Shown piece after piece: positions 13,901-26,999 of a DNA stretch of 64,000 bases. Origin of the DNA: Mobula hypostoma (Eukaryota); assembly GCF_963921235.1 (NCBI RefSeq), contig NC_086097.1, positions 185,196,001-185,260,000 on the forward strand, in the 5' to 3' direction. Position 1 is the stretch's first letter. Every line of letters starts with the position of its first letter. A program made the position numbers and the translations under genes. The notes under the pieces are model-generated. The model did no database searches and was not told where the DNA came from. It was given only the letters and a program-made list of their open reading frames with translations.

Positions 13901-14049
13901 TTTGACTTCACCCATGCGATGGCTTTCCGGAGATCGTGCCACGACCTTTTGTAACTCTCTTGGTTACCAGACCTGAATGCCTCTGATCTGGCCCTCAGCA
14001 GATTGTGGATATCAAGGTTCATCCAGGGCTATTGGTTGGTGAAGTCACT

Positions 14050-15295
14050 GATGTGAGGCTGAACCCAAGGATTAGGGCAAATGAAGACTTGTTAGATTGG
14101 ACTCAAAAGTTGGCTTGATCCTACAAGACAGGCTGACTGGAGTTCTGTCATCAGCAAGATTGCACAAGCATCAGTTCTGAGACCTTCGTTTATGACCTGG
14201 ATGAATGATTTGAATGAAAATGTAGGTTGGCTGATTAGTACATTTGCAAACAGCACAAAAATTGTCAGTTGTGGAGAGTGAGGAAGATTGTACAAAGACT
14301 CAGCAGGATATAGACAATTTTAGAGTGTGGATAGCAAATCATAAACACAAGAGATTCTGCAGATGCTGAAAGTCCAGAGCAACACTCAGAAAATGCTGGA
14401 GCATTTCAGCAATTCAGGCAGCATGCATGGAGAGGAATAAACAGTTGACGTTTTGATCTTGGCCCCAAAGTCAACTGTTTATTCTGCTCCATAGATGCTG
14501 CCTGAGCTTCTAAGTTCCTCCAGTATTTTCTGTGTGTCGGTCTGGAAATGTGGACATATGGAGATTGCAGTTCACGACGGCATATGCAAATTTAAAGTTT
14601 ACCGTAAATGGCAGGATCCTCAGGAGCACTGGTGTGCAGAGGAATCTTTAGATGTAAGTCCATTTGTCCATGAAAGGGGCAACATAGGTGGCAAAGAAAC
14701 CATACAACATTCTTGCCTTTAATTTGATTTTAATGAGTATAAAAAATAGGAAGTCATGTTGCAGTTGTATAAAATTCAGTTAGGCCCAATTGGCAGTACT
14801 ACGTTTTCTGGTCGTTGCATTACAGCAAGGATGTAAAGGCTTCATAGAGGGTACAGAAATAGTTCACCAGCATGTTGCCTGGCTTAGAGATTATTAGCTG
14901 TAAGGAGAGGTTGGATACACTTGGAATTTTTTTCTCAGGGGTGTTGAAGGCTGAGGGGTGAATTGATCAAATTGAGTGGCATAGATAAGGTGGACGGACA
15001 GAACTTTTTTCACAGGGTAACTATGTCAAGCACTGTAGGGCGTGGGTTTCAGATGAGCAGGGGAAAATTTGAAGGAGATTAGAGGCAAACAATGATGGGT
15101 GCCTGGAATTGCTGTCAGAGGAAATCATAGCAGCAGTTACAATAGCAACATTTAAGTTGCATTTGGATGGTGAAAAACTCTGGGGAATTGAGGGATCTAG
15201 ACCATGTACAGGCAGGTCTGAAGTTTAAATAGGCAGCATAGTCTGCATGGACACTGTGGGTCAAAGGGCCTGTTTCTGTGCTGTACCTTTTCTAA
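14050..15295 (+). mobile_element. Degraded CR1 3' half
   Basis: RT C-terminal remnants and CR1 3' end gggcctgtttctgtgctgta. Confidence 0.75.
14342..14538. mobile_element. Short fold-back of two PLE 3' ends
   Basis: Arms 14382-14449 and 14470-14538 are imperfect reverse complements (…aataaacagttgac / gtcaactgtttatt…). Confidence 0.75.
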
Positions 15296-15748
15296 ACAGC
15301 CAGTTCAATTGTCGGAGGTTCATGTGTAAAATTCACTCACTTTCTCTCACATTGCTAATACTGCCTGAATTGTTGGGCATTTCTCAAAGCTCCTACATGC
15401 AATCAGTGTTTAGGTATTATTGTTGGAATCCAATGGGAGTTGAGAGTAAATTGAGGTGAAAGTTACATATTATTTTGTACCAGTGTGGATGTATCATTAC
15501 CATTGCCAATTTGACCCATTGTGTCAGCCACTTTCTTTCTAGTTCTTGCCATGATATTAGTTTGCTTAATATGTAGACGTACATACTTGGCTACAGCTAA
15601 ACTTAATTAGGGGCTGCACTGAAATTATTTTTCTCACCATCAGCTGGTTTTCAGGCAAAGAAATTGAAGGGTCACTTTTTCCAAGGTATTTTTAAGTGTT
15701 CAGTGTATTTTACCTTTGTCCACAAATGTTGATTTTAATTTCCTTTAC

Positions 15749-15797
15749 CTTGATATGAGTTGCCATTTTCAAAGTGCTTAGATCCAGCCAGATGTTC
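15749..15797 (-). other. Candidate 49-nt host exon
   Basis: ttcctttgctctag|GAAC...CAAG|gtaaag. Confidence 0.3.
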
Positions 15798-17660
15798 CTA
15801 GAGCAAAGGAATAATGACTTCTTGCTCAGAAAGCCAGCTTTCTCTTTTCCTGCATTGACACCTGCAAATTAGGGGAAAATAAATCACATTGCACTTCCTG
15901 CTTTTACAAAAAGGCTGTAGGATCACCCGTGATAACTTCAGCAGGATGCCAGGAGAACTCCTGGAGATGCAGTATAAACTGCTGGAAAATATTTCTGCTT
16001 TTTCTCTATGAGCCCTGCCAATTTTTGGTGTTCATGAAAGATTACCACTTTGAAAATTCATGATCAAAATAATTTGAAAATAGAGACCCAAATTTGAATA
16101 TGCCAGTTAAAATTGAGCACAGCATTTATCCTTAATCCCACCACTTTCCTGCCACGTTCTGATACTTGATTGCTTTGAGGCTGCAGGAAGGGTAATCCCA
16201 GGATGATTTTAATGATCTTTCATTTAAAATAAGGGAATCATGATCTGACTCCACTATTGGTCTGAATGAGGGATAACAATGGCTTTTAGGAGATTGATGT
16301 TGAGCCAGATAAAACCAGCCAAGTAATTAATCCACTAAAGTTTAGGTTTCCTGTTGGATTAGCTGCTTTTCCTGGCCTCACAATGATGCCTTGAACCTGG
16401 GTACCCTAACTAAGTCCAGAGCATCACTTTGCTACTTGGTGACAAGAAGAAACAAGTGAAACAGAAGGGAAAATTCAGAAATATACTAATGAAAGGTAGT
16501 ATGATTAGTGATTAAGAAAAATCTATTTACCTGCAAGACAGTATCTAAATGAAGGACAAGAAGATGTCTTTGTTACCCAGCTAACACAAAGGTAGGAAAA
16601 TTAAATTTTGAAGAGGACATAAGGATTTAGAAAGAGGTGTATTGATAGGATAAATGAGTGGGCAAAGATCTGGTAAATGAAGTACGATGTGGGAAAATGT
16701 GAAATAGTCCATTTTGGCAGGGTTCAGTGGATAATTAAGAAAGTTAATAGAAATAGCTCATTGCTGGTAGAATTGAGTAAAAAACATAGCAGTTTTGGAT
16801 CACTTATGTATACAGCATTGGTTTCCATATTTGAGGAAAAATGCGTTTTGGAAGCCATTCCTGGGAAATATCTGGAAAGGGGGATTATAAGGGAAGTTAT
16901 TAATAGAAGCAGAATATTTCACAATTTGCCTGTTTTTAAGTGTTCTGTGGGACTCAGAAGAGCAGGAAGGCTCCCAACGGGACCCATGAGAAAATTTCAG
17001 CCTCTACAGCCCTGATCTTTTAGCTCCTCCTCCATCCCCACTGATCTGTTCCATCTTACCAACTACAAACAAGTGTTCCCACAAATTCTTCAACTCATGG
17101 ATTCATGTACACTTTGAATTTCTCTGTTAGAATCTGGAATATGTCACTCTCTACCCTTTAAAATCACATGAAACATTCCATCATTTTGTCTTATTCTTGA
17201 TTCTTGTAATCACTGAATTTCTGATTCCTCCATTTCTCAACGGGGTTAATGCTTAGCTTTTCAGAACGTGAATATTTTAGGCAATGTTTTGTGCAAAGAC
17301 TTGTTTTGTTCTGATTTCTGTAATATATCAGTTTTTCTCCAATTAACATTAGTTCTCAGTATAATGGCCTTGATATTTATTTTTGAGAATCATTGTAAGA
17401 ACAATGGGCCCAAACTTTAAAGCTTTGATTTTTTTTGTATATTATATTATTTGAGTGCTTCTTAATATTTCTAAAATAATTAAATCAGTGAAATGGGCTT
17501 TCTTACAACAGTGTACTCTTTGAAAACATTTAATAAATCATTTGCAGCATTACCTCGTTTTTAGCAATAAGTATCTCTTGGACCAGTGGTTCCCAAAATG
17601 GGCTGTATTAACTCCTTTGGGGAAGACGAGATATCCTGTCTCTGGCTAACCATCCCAAAC

Positions 17661-18790
17661 GATGATGATGGTTCCTTTCAATCAGTTAGAGGGGTTTGAT
17701 ATGTGTGTCCTGGCGTGTCTGTACAGGCCAATCCTTGACAGGCACTGCTTGCCACATACTTGGCAGGTGAGACCTGGAGGGGCAGCAGGGGCAGAAGCTC
17801 TGTTGTGGCACTTCCTGTGCCTTTCCTCCGTTGCCTCGTTGAGCTTGTTCTCAGCAGCGTCCACACCCTTTCTGATGGCATCCCTCCACTGTGAGCGATC
17901 TTGAGCCAGATCCTCCCATGTTGCTGGGGCAATGTCAGCTTTCTTGAGGCTCCCGTGCAGAACATCCTTGTACCGTAGTCGCTGGCCTCCTCGTTTTCTG
18001 GTACCACTGGACAGTTGGCCATACAAGATGTCCTTGGGCAGTCTTCCGTCAGGCATTCTGACAACATGTCCTGCCCAGCGCATTTGGGCTGACATCACCA
18101 AGGTTGAAACTGCCGGCATTCCGGCTCGAGAGAGGACCTCGATATTGGAGACCTTGTCTCACCAGGTGATCTTCATCAGAGAACGTAGGTGACGCTGTTG
18201 CAGTTGGTCAAGCTGGCGTAAGTGTCTCTGATATGGGCACCATGTCTCACATCCGTATAACAAGGTTGATATGACAACGGCCCTGTATACCTTGCACTTG
18301 GTGGCCAACCTGATGTTCTGTGAACAAACTCGATCTTTCAGCTGGCCAAAGGCAAAGCAGGCTTTTTCTGGTTCTTGACTCAATCTCTACATCCAGAGAA
18401 GCTGAGGATGTTATTATGCTGCTCAGGTAGCAAAACTTGTTGACAGCATTGAGACGAGTGTCATTAATTAGGGCAGTTGTTTCTTCATAGCTTGGGCCAG
18501 GAGCCGGTTGATACAAAACTTTTCAGGCTGATTGTCAGTCCAAAGCTTTTGGCTGCACTGGCAAAGCGACTGGTGATCTCCTGTAAGTCTTCGAGAGAGT
18601 GGACAACCAGTGCATAGTCATCAGCAAACTGTAGCTCATGCACCACAATGTCCCCAACTTTTGTTTTTGCTTTCAATCTTGCGAGGTTGAGGAGCCAGCC
18701 ATCAGCCCTCGTTTGTAGGAAGACCCCTAACTTCAAGTCTGATGTGGCATCCTGAAGAACAGCAGTGAAGAATAGTCCAAACAGAGTAGG
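17661..18790 (-). mobile_element. RTE-clade LINE 3' part with C-terminal C2H2 finger
   Basis: FADD, LLYGCETW, RWAGHVVRMPDGRLPK.ILYG and CQVCGKQCLSRIGLYRHARTH; (CAT)n tail. Confidence 0.92.
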
Positions 18791-18929
18791 AGGCAGACAA
18801 AATATTACATGAGTATTGAATATTACAAAAATAATAAGGCTCATGTAGTTAGGAAGTTCACAAAAGAAAGTGAACATAAATAACATAAAAGCCCTCCCCA
18901 TCACTGAGTAAATCTACACAGAGACCTAT

Positions 18930-19181
18930 TGCAGGAAAGCAGCATTCATCATCAGGGACCAACACCAACACCACCCAGGCCATACTCTCTTCTCGCTATT
19001 GCCATCAGGGAGAAGGTACAGAAACCATCAGGTTCAGGAACAGTTATTCCCCTCAGCCATCAAGGTCTTGAACCAGAGGGGATAACTTCACTCAACTTCA
19101 CTCATTCCATCACTGCACAGTTCCCACAACCTATGTATTCACTTTCAAGGACTCTTCATCTCATGTTCTCTGTACTTACTG

Positions 19182-19250
<69 letters not shown>

Positions 19251-19415
19251 TTACTTTCTTTTGCACATTAGTTGTTTATCTGTGGTGTTGAGTACAGTCT
19301 TCGACTGATGCTATTATGTTTCTTGGATTTATTGAGTATGCCCACAAGGAAATGAATCTCAGGGTTGTACATGGTGACATATGTGTACTTTGAAAATACA
19401 TTTACTTTAAACTTT
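18930..19415 (+). mobile_element. Rex1/Babar 3' fragment with (CTTA)n(TTTA)n microsatellite at ~19174-19252
   Basis: HPGHTLFSLLPSGRRY motif; 3'UTR similar to the other Rex copies. Confidence 0.8.
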
Positions 19416-20075
19416 GGTGTTGCAGCAGTAGGTCTGTTAGTCATCCCTGGTGCAGTTCCCAACCCTAAATGGAGTAGTTCGTGGTATCAGTGGACAATTA
19501 TGAATGGTGTATATTTTATCTAGTGGCATAAAAGGGCTTTCTTTCAAACAAATTTAAAAGTGCTTCTCTGTGCTTTCCCATCTAAATTTGTGATTGTCTC
19601 AGTTTTATTGCTGTAGAAATTAATTTTGATTAAAATAAAGTTCATAGTTTCTCAGAACTCTTCACTGTGAGATGTGGTGAGAGAAATCATTCACCGTTCC
19701 ACCAGAAGTCCTTCTCACCAGCAATATATACTTAAAATACACTACAAGAAGTATTCATGCAAGCTTTGTGCTAAGACGCTCGGCAGTGAAGATATGGACA
19801 AAGGCATTTTGCAGGATAGAATGGAAGCTGGAAATCATCACTTGAAAAATTGGTGCAGACAGCAAACTTCATCCTGTATGCAAACATCCAGATGTATGTA
19901 TGATATACCGCAGACTGCAAATGAAAAACTGGATGAGTCAAGCATTTTTGTGCCAGGAAGGGTGAGTTTTTTGTTAGATCTGGCATTGAAAAATTAGTGA
20001 AATAAATCAGGTAGGCTTTGGATGCTTGAGTGAAGCTGGGGATAGGAAGATGGCTATGGAGGAGGAGGACAGGGA

Positions 20076-20173
20076 AGACCAGGCCTGGATTCACAGTGAA
20101 GATTGGGACATTGGAGTATCAGGGTAGACCAGGCCTGGATTCACAGTGAGGATTGGGACATAGGAATATCAGG
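20076..20173. repeat. 50-bp tandem duplication
   Basis: agaccaggcctggattcacagtga.gattgggacat.gga.tatcagg at 20076 and 20126. Confidence 0.9.
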
Positions 20174-20877
20174 AAAGGAGGCAGCGGAGAATTCAGTGTT
20201 AGAAAATGAGACACTAGAACATGGGACTGCAGGACAAAGCATCAGCAAAATGGGTATAAGGCAATGAACTACTGGAGGATTTGCTTTTGATAATTAGTTT
20301 TTGTTATCTCATATACTAAGATACAATGAAAATCTTTGTTTACATGTCATCCCTAAAGATTATTGATGTACTTGTGTGTGGAATCTAGTACAAAAGGAAA
20401 ACATTGCAGAATCACAAACGAGAGAAAATCTGCAGACGCTGGAAATCCGAGCAACACACACACAAGATACTGGAGGAACTCAGCAGCATCTATGGGAAAA
20501 AGTACAGTCGATGTTTCAGACTGAAACCCTTCAGCAGGATACAGAATATAGTGTTACTTTTGCTGAGTACGTGAGGACAGGTGAAAACAAAATAAGGGCA
20601 TGGAGCATCAGAAAACTGATGTCAGACTAACAATCAGTTTGTAGAGAAGCTGGAAATGGGAAATAGAACAGTTGGCAGGGTGGGGGTGGGAGTGTTGGTG
20701 CTGATGGATAAGTGCATGATCAGGCCAGGGTTCAAGGCAGTAGACTGCCATTCGAAGGATTGTGACTTCCCTGGGCCTACAATCATGCTGAATACTGGTA
20801 GCAAGTAATGCTGGTAAATATCAATGAAAATACTTCTAAGAGGTCCTAACCGCAATTCAGTGCACACCTCAGACATT

Positions 20878-21224
20878 ACATAGTCATAGTTATACTTTAT
20901 TGATCAGGGGGAAATTGGTTTTTGTTACAGTTGCACCATAAATAACTAAATAGTAATAAAACCATAAATAGTAATATAGTAATATGTAAGTTATGCCAGG
21001 AAATAAGTCCAGGACTAACCTATTGGCTCAGGATGTCTGACCCTCCAAGGGAGGAGTTGTAAAGTTTGATGGCCACAGGCAGGAATGACTTCCTTTGACG
21101 CTCTGTGTTGCATATCGGTGGAATGAGTCTCTGGCTGAATATACTCCTGTGCCCAGCCAGTACATTATGTAGTGGATGGGAGACATTGTCCAAGATGGCA
21201 TGCAACATGGACAGCATCCTCTTT
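20878..21224 (-). mobile_element. Rex1/Babar 3' fragment
   Basis: ILDNVSHPLH...SFLPVAIKLYN. Confidence 0.88.
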
Positions 21225-21610
21225 GCAACAACAACAGAACAGGTTTATTGAGGATTCTCAAAATGGACTTCATGTCACTGAAGTATTATAGCAACAGGGT
21301 GTAAGGAAACCACTTTCTGTTCACCGTCTCCCAGTCTTTGTCATCCAATGAATCAGTGCTCTGCCATATCGAACAAAGCTTGGAAGAATCACCAAATATA
21401 GCAAATGTACTCCAGGGAGGGAGGTCAATACCCAACATCAACAGCTTCTGGGTGACATTATCACTGACCAAGTTGGCCAAGTCCTGAAAGGAATGTGTGC
21501 TAAATTGAATCCATAGCAGATAATGAGTGAACAAACACATGAGATAAATACTGAAAAAAACTGACTGCGCTCAGCAGGTCAGTAACAACTGTGGAAAGAG
21601 ACATGGAAGA

Positions 21611-22504
21611 TGTTATGAATAAATAACCATTGTTTCCTCACCTGCAACACCATCAGGTACAATCGCCAGGGCAAGACCGGGGCCTTGCTCTGTCTAGATA
21701 AGGAACTGTCTTTCATTGTTCGGAACTGTCTCTTTGTGTCCTGCCTTCGTTATGTAGGTCCGGCCATTGCCGTTACCTTGAGTTGGGAACTGTCTCTGTG
21801 TCTACGCCTTCACTAGTAGGTCCAGCTATTTGCCGCTACCTTGTGTTGGGAACAGGCCCTAAGTCCTGCTCCCTAGGAGGCGTCCTGATTCTGTGTAGAG
21901 CCCCGGCCCCAAATGCTGTTCCCAAGGAGGGGTCTGGCTCTGTGTTCTGCGTTCCTGTTCTCCCTCGACCAAGGCTCCGCATTTCTGTTCTCCCTCGACC
22001 AAGGCTCCACGTTCCTGTTCTCCCTCAACCAAGGCTCCGCGTTCCTGTTCTCCCTCGACCAGGTCAAGACTTCGTGTTCTCGTCCTGTCCATGTGCCTTG
22101 CCTGGCCCAGGAGTATGTCACCCGCCTGATGCTGGGGTTCCCTCGTCCTGTCCAGGAGTCTCACGTCCAGGCCTGTTGCCACTCCTCATCCTGTAGCCAT
22201 GTCCTGTCCTCGCCTATATCTGGGGTCAGAGCCCAAGTCAAGACCCAGGTCCCGGGTCCTTGTCCGGTCTCTGGCTCGGAGTCCTTGTCCAGGTTCGAAG
22301 TTCCTAGTTCCTCGTCCAGGTCCCACTTTCCTAGTCTAGTCCTAGCCCTGGCCCTGTATCCTAGCCTCATCCAGGGCCTGCGTCTTGTGCAGTGTCGTTT
22401 CTTCCTCACTTCCCTTGCTTGCTTGACACACCTAGTCCTGTTCCTAGTACTTCAGTGTCTATGTCTTGCATTTGGGTCCGCTCCCAGCACCCCCCCTTGT
22501 GACA
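21611..22504 (+). mobile_element. Putative solo LTR (Gypsy-like), 894 bp
   Basis: TGTTA...TGACA termini; fish-Gypsy-like end 'tgcatttgggtcc...gtgaca'; GC-rich with internal tandem repeats; no TSD seen. Confidence 0.55.
21951..22063. repeat. 30-bp tandem repeat, ~3.8 copies
   Basis: Unit gttcctgttctccctcgaccaaggctccgc. Confidence 0.95.
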
Positions 22505-23258
22505 ACTATCTTGTGTGGCACTCCATTTATGCTAAATAGGATAGGCTCAGAACAGATCTGGCACTTCAAAACTGGACATCAATGGGGTACTGTAGATCAT
22601 AAGTAGAAACAGAAATATGCACTAGCACACTTCGTAACCTCATGACAAAGTATATTCCTCACCCTGCCATTACCGTCAGGACAGGATAAATTCTGCTTCA
22701 ATGGTGTGTGCTATTCTAGGAACACCACCAGACATACTTAAAAATGAAGCATCTAACCTGGTGAAACTGCAATGCTGGGCTGCATAAATGCTGCACATTG
22801 CACAGAAACATGCAGCCTGCAACAGAGGGAGCTAAAGCAATCTCACAGCTAACAGATTGGATCAAAGCTTGGAAGTCCTACTGTAACTTCTCATGAATGA
22901 TGGTGACATTTAAGCAAATAATGGGGTGGGGGGAAGTGGTTTTGAGAAAATATCCAATTTCAATAACAGGGCCTAGTGTCTGACTTTTTAAGACAATGCT
23001 AAGGCAGTTATGTTCAGCTGGAAGTACTGAGTGGGTGATCCACTTGGGAATTCTCCTAAAATTCCCACCATCACAGGAATTTGCCTCCAACCAGTAGGTT
23101 TATTTCATGTGATAGGAAGAAAGATAAAAACACTGTGGAATGAGATAATATTCCAAGTACTGAAGACCTATACTCCAGAAATAGCTGCGCCTCTAATCAA
23201 CCTGTTCCAGCTATTTATAACATTGCTGTCTACCCAGCTGTGTGGAAAAGTGCCCAAA

Positions 23259-24320
23259 GTAGATAGATAGATAACTTTATTGATCCCAAAAGAAATTACA
23301 GTATCACAATATCATTATAAATGCACAGATATACAAATATGCAAACATTAGAAGAGAAGTAAGAAAGAATAAAATAAAATATGTTGCCTCAAGCCATTGA
23401 GCAGGAGGGGGTCATCACCTCCCCGACTATAGGTTCTCATTACAGAGCCTAATGGCCGAGGGTAAGAATGACCTCATATAGCAATCTTTGGAGCAGCACA
23501 GTTGTCTTAGTCGATTACTAAAAGTGCTCCTCTGTTCAGACAAGGTGGCATGCAGAGGGTGAGAAACATCATCCAGAATTGCCAGGATTTTCTGTAGGAT
23601 CCTTTGTTCTACCACAGCCTCCAAAGTACCTAATTTGATTCCTATAACAGAGCCAGCCTTTCTAATCAGTATATTGAGTCTATTGTCATCACCCTTGTTG
23701 ATGCCATTGCCGCAGCACACCACCACATAGAATATTGTACTGGCAAAAACGGACTGGTAGAACATCTGAACGAGAGGACTGGCATACTCCAAAAAAATCT
23801 CAATCTCCTCAGGAATTAGAGGTGACTTGGGTCCTTCTTGTACAGCGTCTGTGTTGGTGCTCCACTCAAGTCTGTCATCCAGGAACACCCAGGTACTTGT
23901 AGGTTCTCACCACATCCACATCCTCACCATCAATAGTTACAGCGAGCACTGCAGGCTTAGTCTTCCTAAAGTCCATCACCATCTCCTTTGTCTGAATAAT
24001 GTTGAGCTGCAAGTGATTCAGCTTGCACCATTTCACAAAGTCCTCCACCAGGGCCCTGTGTTCATTCTCCCATCCTCCCTTTATACACCCAACTATTGTT
24101 GAGTCATCAGAGAATTTCCGCAGATGACATGACTCAGTGTTGTATCTGAAGTCTGAGGTATACAGGTTAAACAGGAAGGCCCCAGTGCTACTTATAGCCA
24201 AGTCTGACACACAGCTCTGAAGCCGCGCAGGCTGTGGTCTGCCACTCAGGTAGTCCATTATTCAGGATACAATGGAAGTGCCAATCTGCAATGAATGGAG
24301 CTCCCCCCTCCCCCGGCAAT
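23259..24320 (-). mobile_element. Rex1/Babar RT 3' half
   Basis: LYTSDF, FSDD, WCKLNHLQLN.TKEMVMDFRK, YKYLGV and SFLPSAIRL; (GATA)n tail. Confidence 0.92.
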
Positions 24321-24429
24321 GAGGACATAAATCAATGTTCACATCAACAGGAAAAGTCTAATGTCGATATTTCAGTCAGCTCTCAGTCATCATGAAAGTA
24401 CTATAAGATATTGCCTACAATACTATCAG

Positions 24430-24790
24430 ATAATGTATATTACCAATAACCAGTTCACCATGGGCACTAGCCTCCTCACCAATGGGGACATCTTCAAAAG
24501 GCGATGCCTCAAAAATCATTATGGACATCCATCATCCAGGACATGCCCTCTTCTCATTACTATCATCAGAGAAGAGGTACTAGAACCGAAGACACACAGC
24601 TGTTTTAGACACAGCTTCTTTCCCTCAATGAACCCATGAACACTACTCATTTTGTGTTGTTTATTTTTAATACATATTTCCTTTTGTAATTTATAGTATA
24701 TTTTAAGTATTGCACTCTACTGTGTCTCAAAATAGCAAATTCCCTGAAATATATCAATGATAATAAACCTGATTCTGATTCAGATTTCTG
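24430..24790 (+). mobile_element. Rex1/Babar 3' fragment
   Basis: HPGHALFSLL...SFFP; aataaacctgattctgattc tail. Confidence 0.75.
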
Positions 24791-25849
24791 AATCTGATGC
24801 CCATTTTGGGCTGTTCCAAGACTACTCAGCTCCAAGCATGTGCAAAGAGCTGAATTCCAGAGTGAGAGGATAGTGACTGCTCTGTAAGGCAGCTTGAGAG
24901 CCTGGTAAAAATACTGCCATATCAGAATTAAGGTGGTAACACTACAGTAGCTGGAGTCATATTCTTACAGAAGAAGATAGTTTTAATTGTCAGAAATTAT
25001 TCATACTAGACCTGAAACTTCACTACAGTGTCTTAACCAAGAATTTTAGTTGTTACAACACTTACCTTCCTTTCGCTGTAGATATCAAAACCGCGATTTC
25101 ATTAGATATGGGTATCCTGTCCTGAGTGACTTATGTCCTGACATCCTGGCTTTTTCACTATATTCAAGACAAAAATCAGGAATGTGATGACAAACTCTTC
25201 ACTGAGGAGTTCCAGAAACACCTGTATCTTCCGCCATGTACCAAGAACTTCCATGAGTAACACCTACAAAATGAACTGTAGCTTTTGTTTGGTTTATTTC
25301 AACAGCAGCTTAGAAACCTACCAAAACTTTCAAGAGCATAGGAGCATCACCATCTGCAGGTCCAAATTGAATGCCTTTCTGATGTAGAAATATATCTCTG
25401 GTCCATCAGTGTCACTGAGTCTAATTCCTGGAACTCTGTCCCCAATACCTCCGGGAGATTCTTTACGCACGTCACTGCAGTGGTTCAAGAAACGAACTCT
25501 CCAGCTCACAGTCACAAAGACCATTGAAGATGGCCAATAAATGCTAACCCAACAACTGTGGAACATGCAACTCCTGTCCCTTTACCCATCCTGGTTTTAA
25601 AATCCAATGACTCAAACTTTCCTAATTGGTTTGAAGTTGCAAGTTATTTGAACTTGCTGAAAATTAATGTATTCATTTGTTGATCACTATGTAGTCTTTA
25701 TTATACTGCAAAACCAAACACAATAGGTGACTTCTTTGTGGATCACCAAGAGACTGAGTTACCTGTACCTTTAATTCTCTATGTCACTCTCAACTGACCT
25801 ATGTTTCTGTGACTTCTGCATGACTTCAAGGGAAATTAATGCAAGCATG

Positions 25850-26145
25850 AAGATTAGTATCTCATTGTCTCATTAAACTGGCTTACTCAACGTTATTTGA
25901 GATCGGGCCCACTATGGGGTATCATCTGCAAACTTGCAGATGGAGTTGGAGCAGAATCTGGCGATGCAGCCGTGAGTGTACAGGCAGTAGAGTAGAGGGC
26001 TGACAACACAGCCTTGTGGAGGACTAGGTTGAGGATAATGTGGTGGAGTAGTACTGATTGTAGTCTGTTGGTCACAAAATCAAGAACACAGTTGCAGAGG
26101 GAGGCGTTGAGCCCCAGTCTAGGTGTTTGGAGATAAGTTCCCATT
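25850..26145 (-). mobile_element. Rex1/Babar RT fragment
   Basis: SLCNCVLDFVTNRLQ and KFADD remnants. Confidence 0.75.
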
Positions 26146-26999
26146 GCAGTCCTTTGGACTCAATATTGAATTTAACAATGCCAGATAATCAGTCTTTTCA
26201 TCAAAATTCCTCCAGACACGTGGCTGCATTTTAGTTCAATTGTTCATTTTTGTTTTCTGTCTTTAAATGCTGCCTTTCAAAGTAATTATTAGATTGACAG
26301 CCTTGGTCAATGGGTCAATTTTAAGTTTATTGTCATATGTGCTAGTATATTCCCTCTGTTTTCTCCTCTCTTTCCCTCTCTTGAATTGGGAATACATCTT
26401 GTTCTCTAATTGTCTCAGTTCTGGCGATGGTAACTCTGTTTCTCTCCACACAACACTTGGTCTGAAATGGGAAATCTGTATGCAGTTAAGAGTGGCAGAA
26501 CCAAGCTTGATGAGCACATGTATTCCAAAGAAATTTTCAATTTTTTTGGCAATGAAATTAACATGAATCAATAGTAACTTAAATTAATACAACATTTAAA
26601 TTATCAAAGTGTTCCAAGTTGTTTTAAGACTCTCCTCAGCTAAAATTAGAAACCTAAATGATAGTTTTAAGCAGATTACAAAAAGAAGATGGTTTTGGGA
26701 GTGTTGGAAATAACACACTTAAGCCTCAGCTGTAAGAGGCACAGACATCAAGGATAGTGATTACAACTGAGGATCTCCAGATATCGAGGTGAAGAATTAC
26801 AGAGATCTCAGAGGGTCGTGAGAATGAGTTAAATCAAGTTCATATGCAGATTTGAAAGTGAAGATGAGAATTTTAAAACTGATTACAGACTGAGGAGGAG
26901 GGGAATGTCAACAAGCATAGGGATTGATTAGCAAAACTCTGACAAAACCAAGAAATGTGGGTAGTTGCTCAGAACAAAGCCCAAGGAATGGAAAACAGT

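Larger units (their letters stand above)
11494..14050 (-). mobile_element. Rex1/Babar LINE (degraded RT), interrupted at ~13345-13900
   Basis: EWCHNNNLLLNVSKTKELIIDFRR, LYFLRSL, IIPVPKK and QFAYRSN motifs. Confidence 0.9.
20640..25560 (+). mobile_element. Old RTE-X-like LINE fragmented by several nested insertions
   Basis: Colinear pieces: EN-like 21225-21530, 'VWHSIYAK*DRLRTDLA' 22510-23258, RT remnants 24790-25230 and 3' end 25230-25560. Confidence 0.55.

Noticed and set aside
21783..22539. Long ORFs (137 and 208 aa) as host genes
   Set aside because: Low-complexity products of 30-bp repeats inside an LTR-like element.
25055..25080. Strong minus-strand donor AG|GTAAGT
   Set aside because: Lies within the RTE-X RT remnant and would define only a 10-nt exon.
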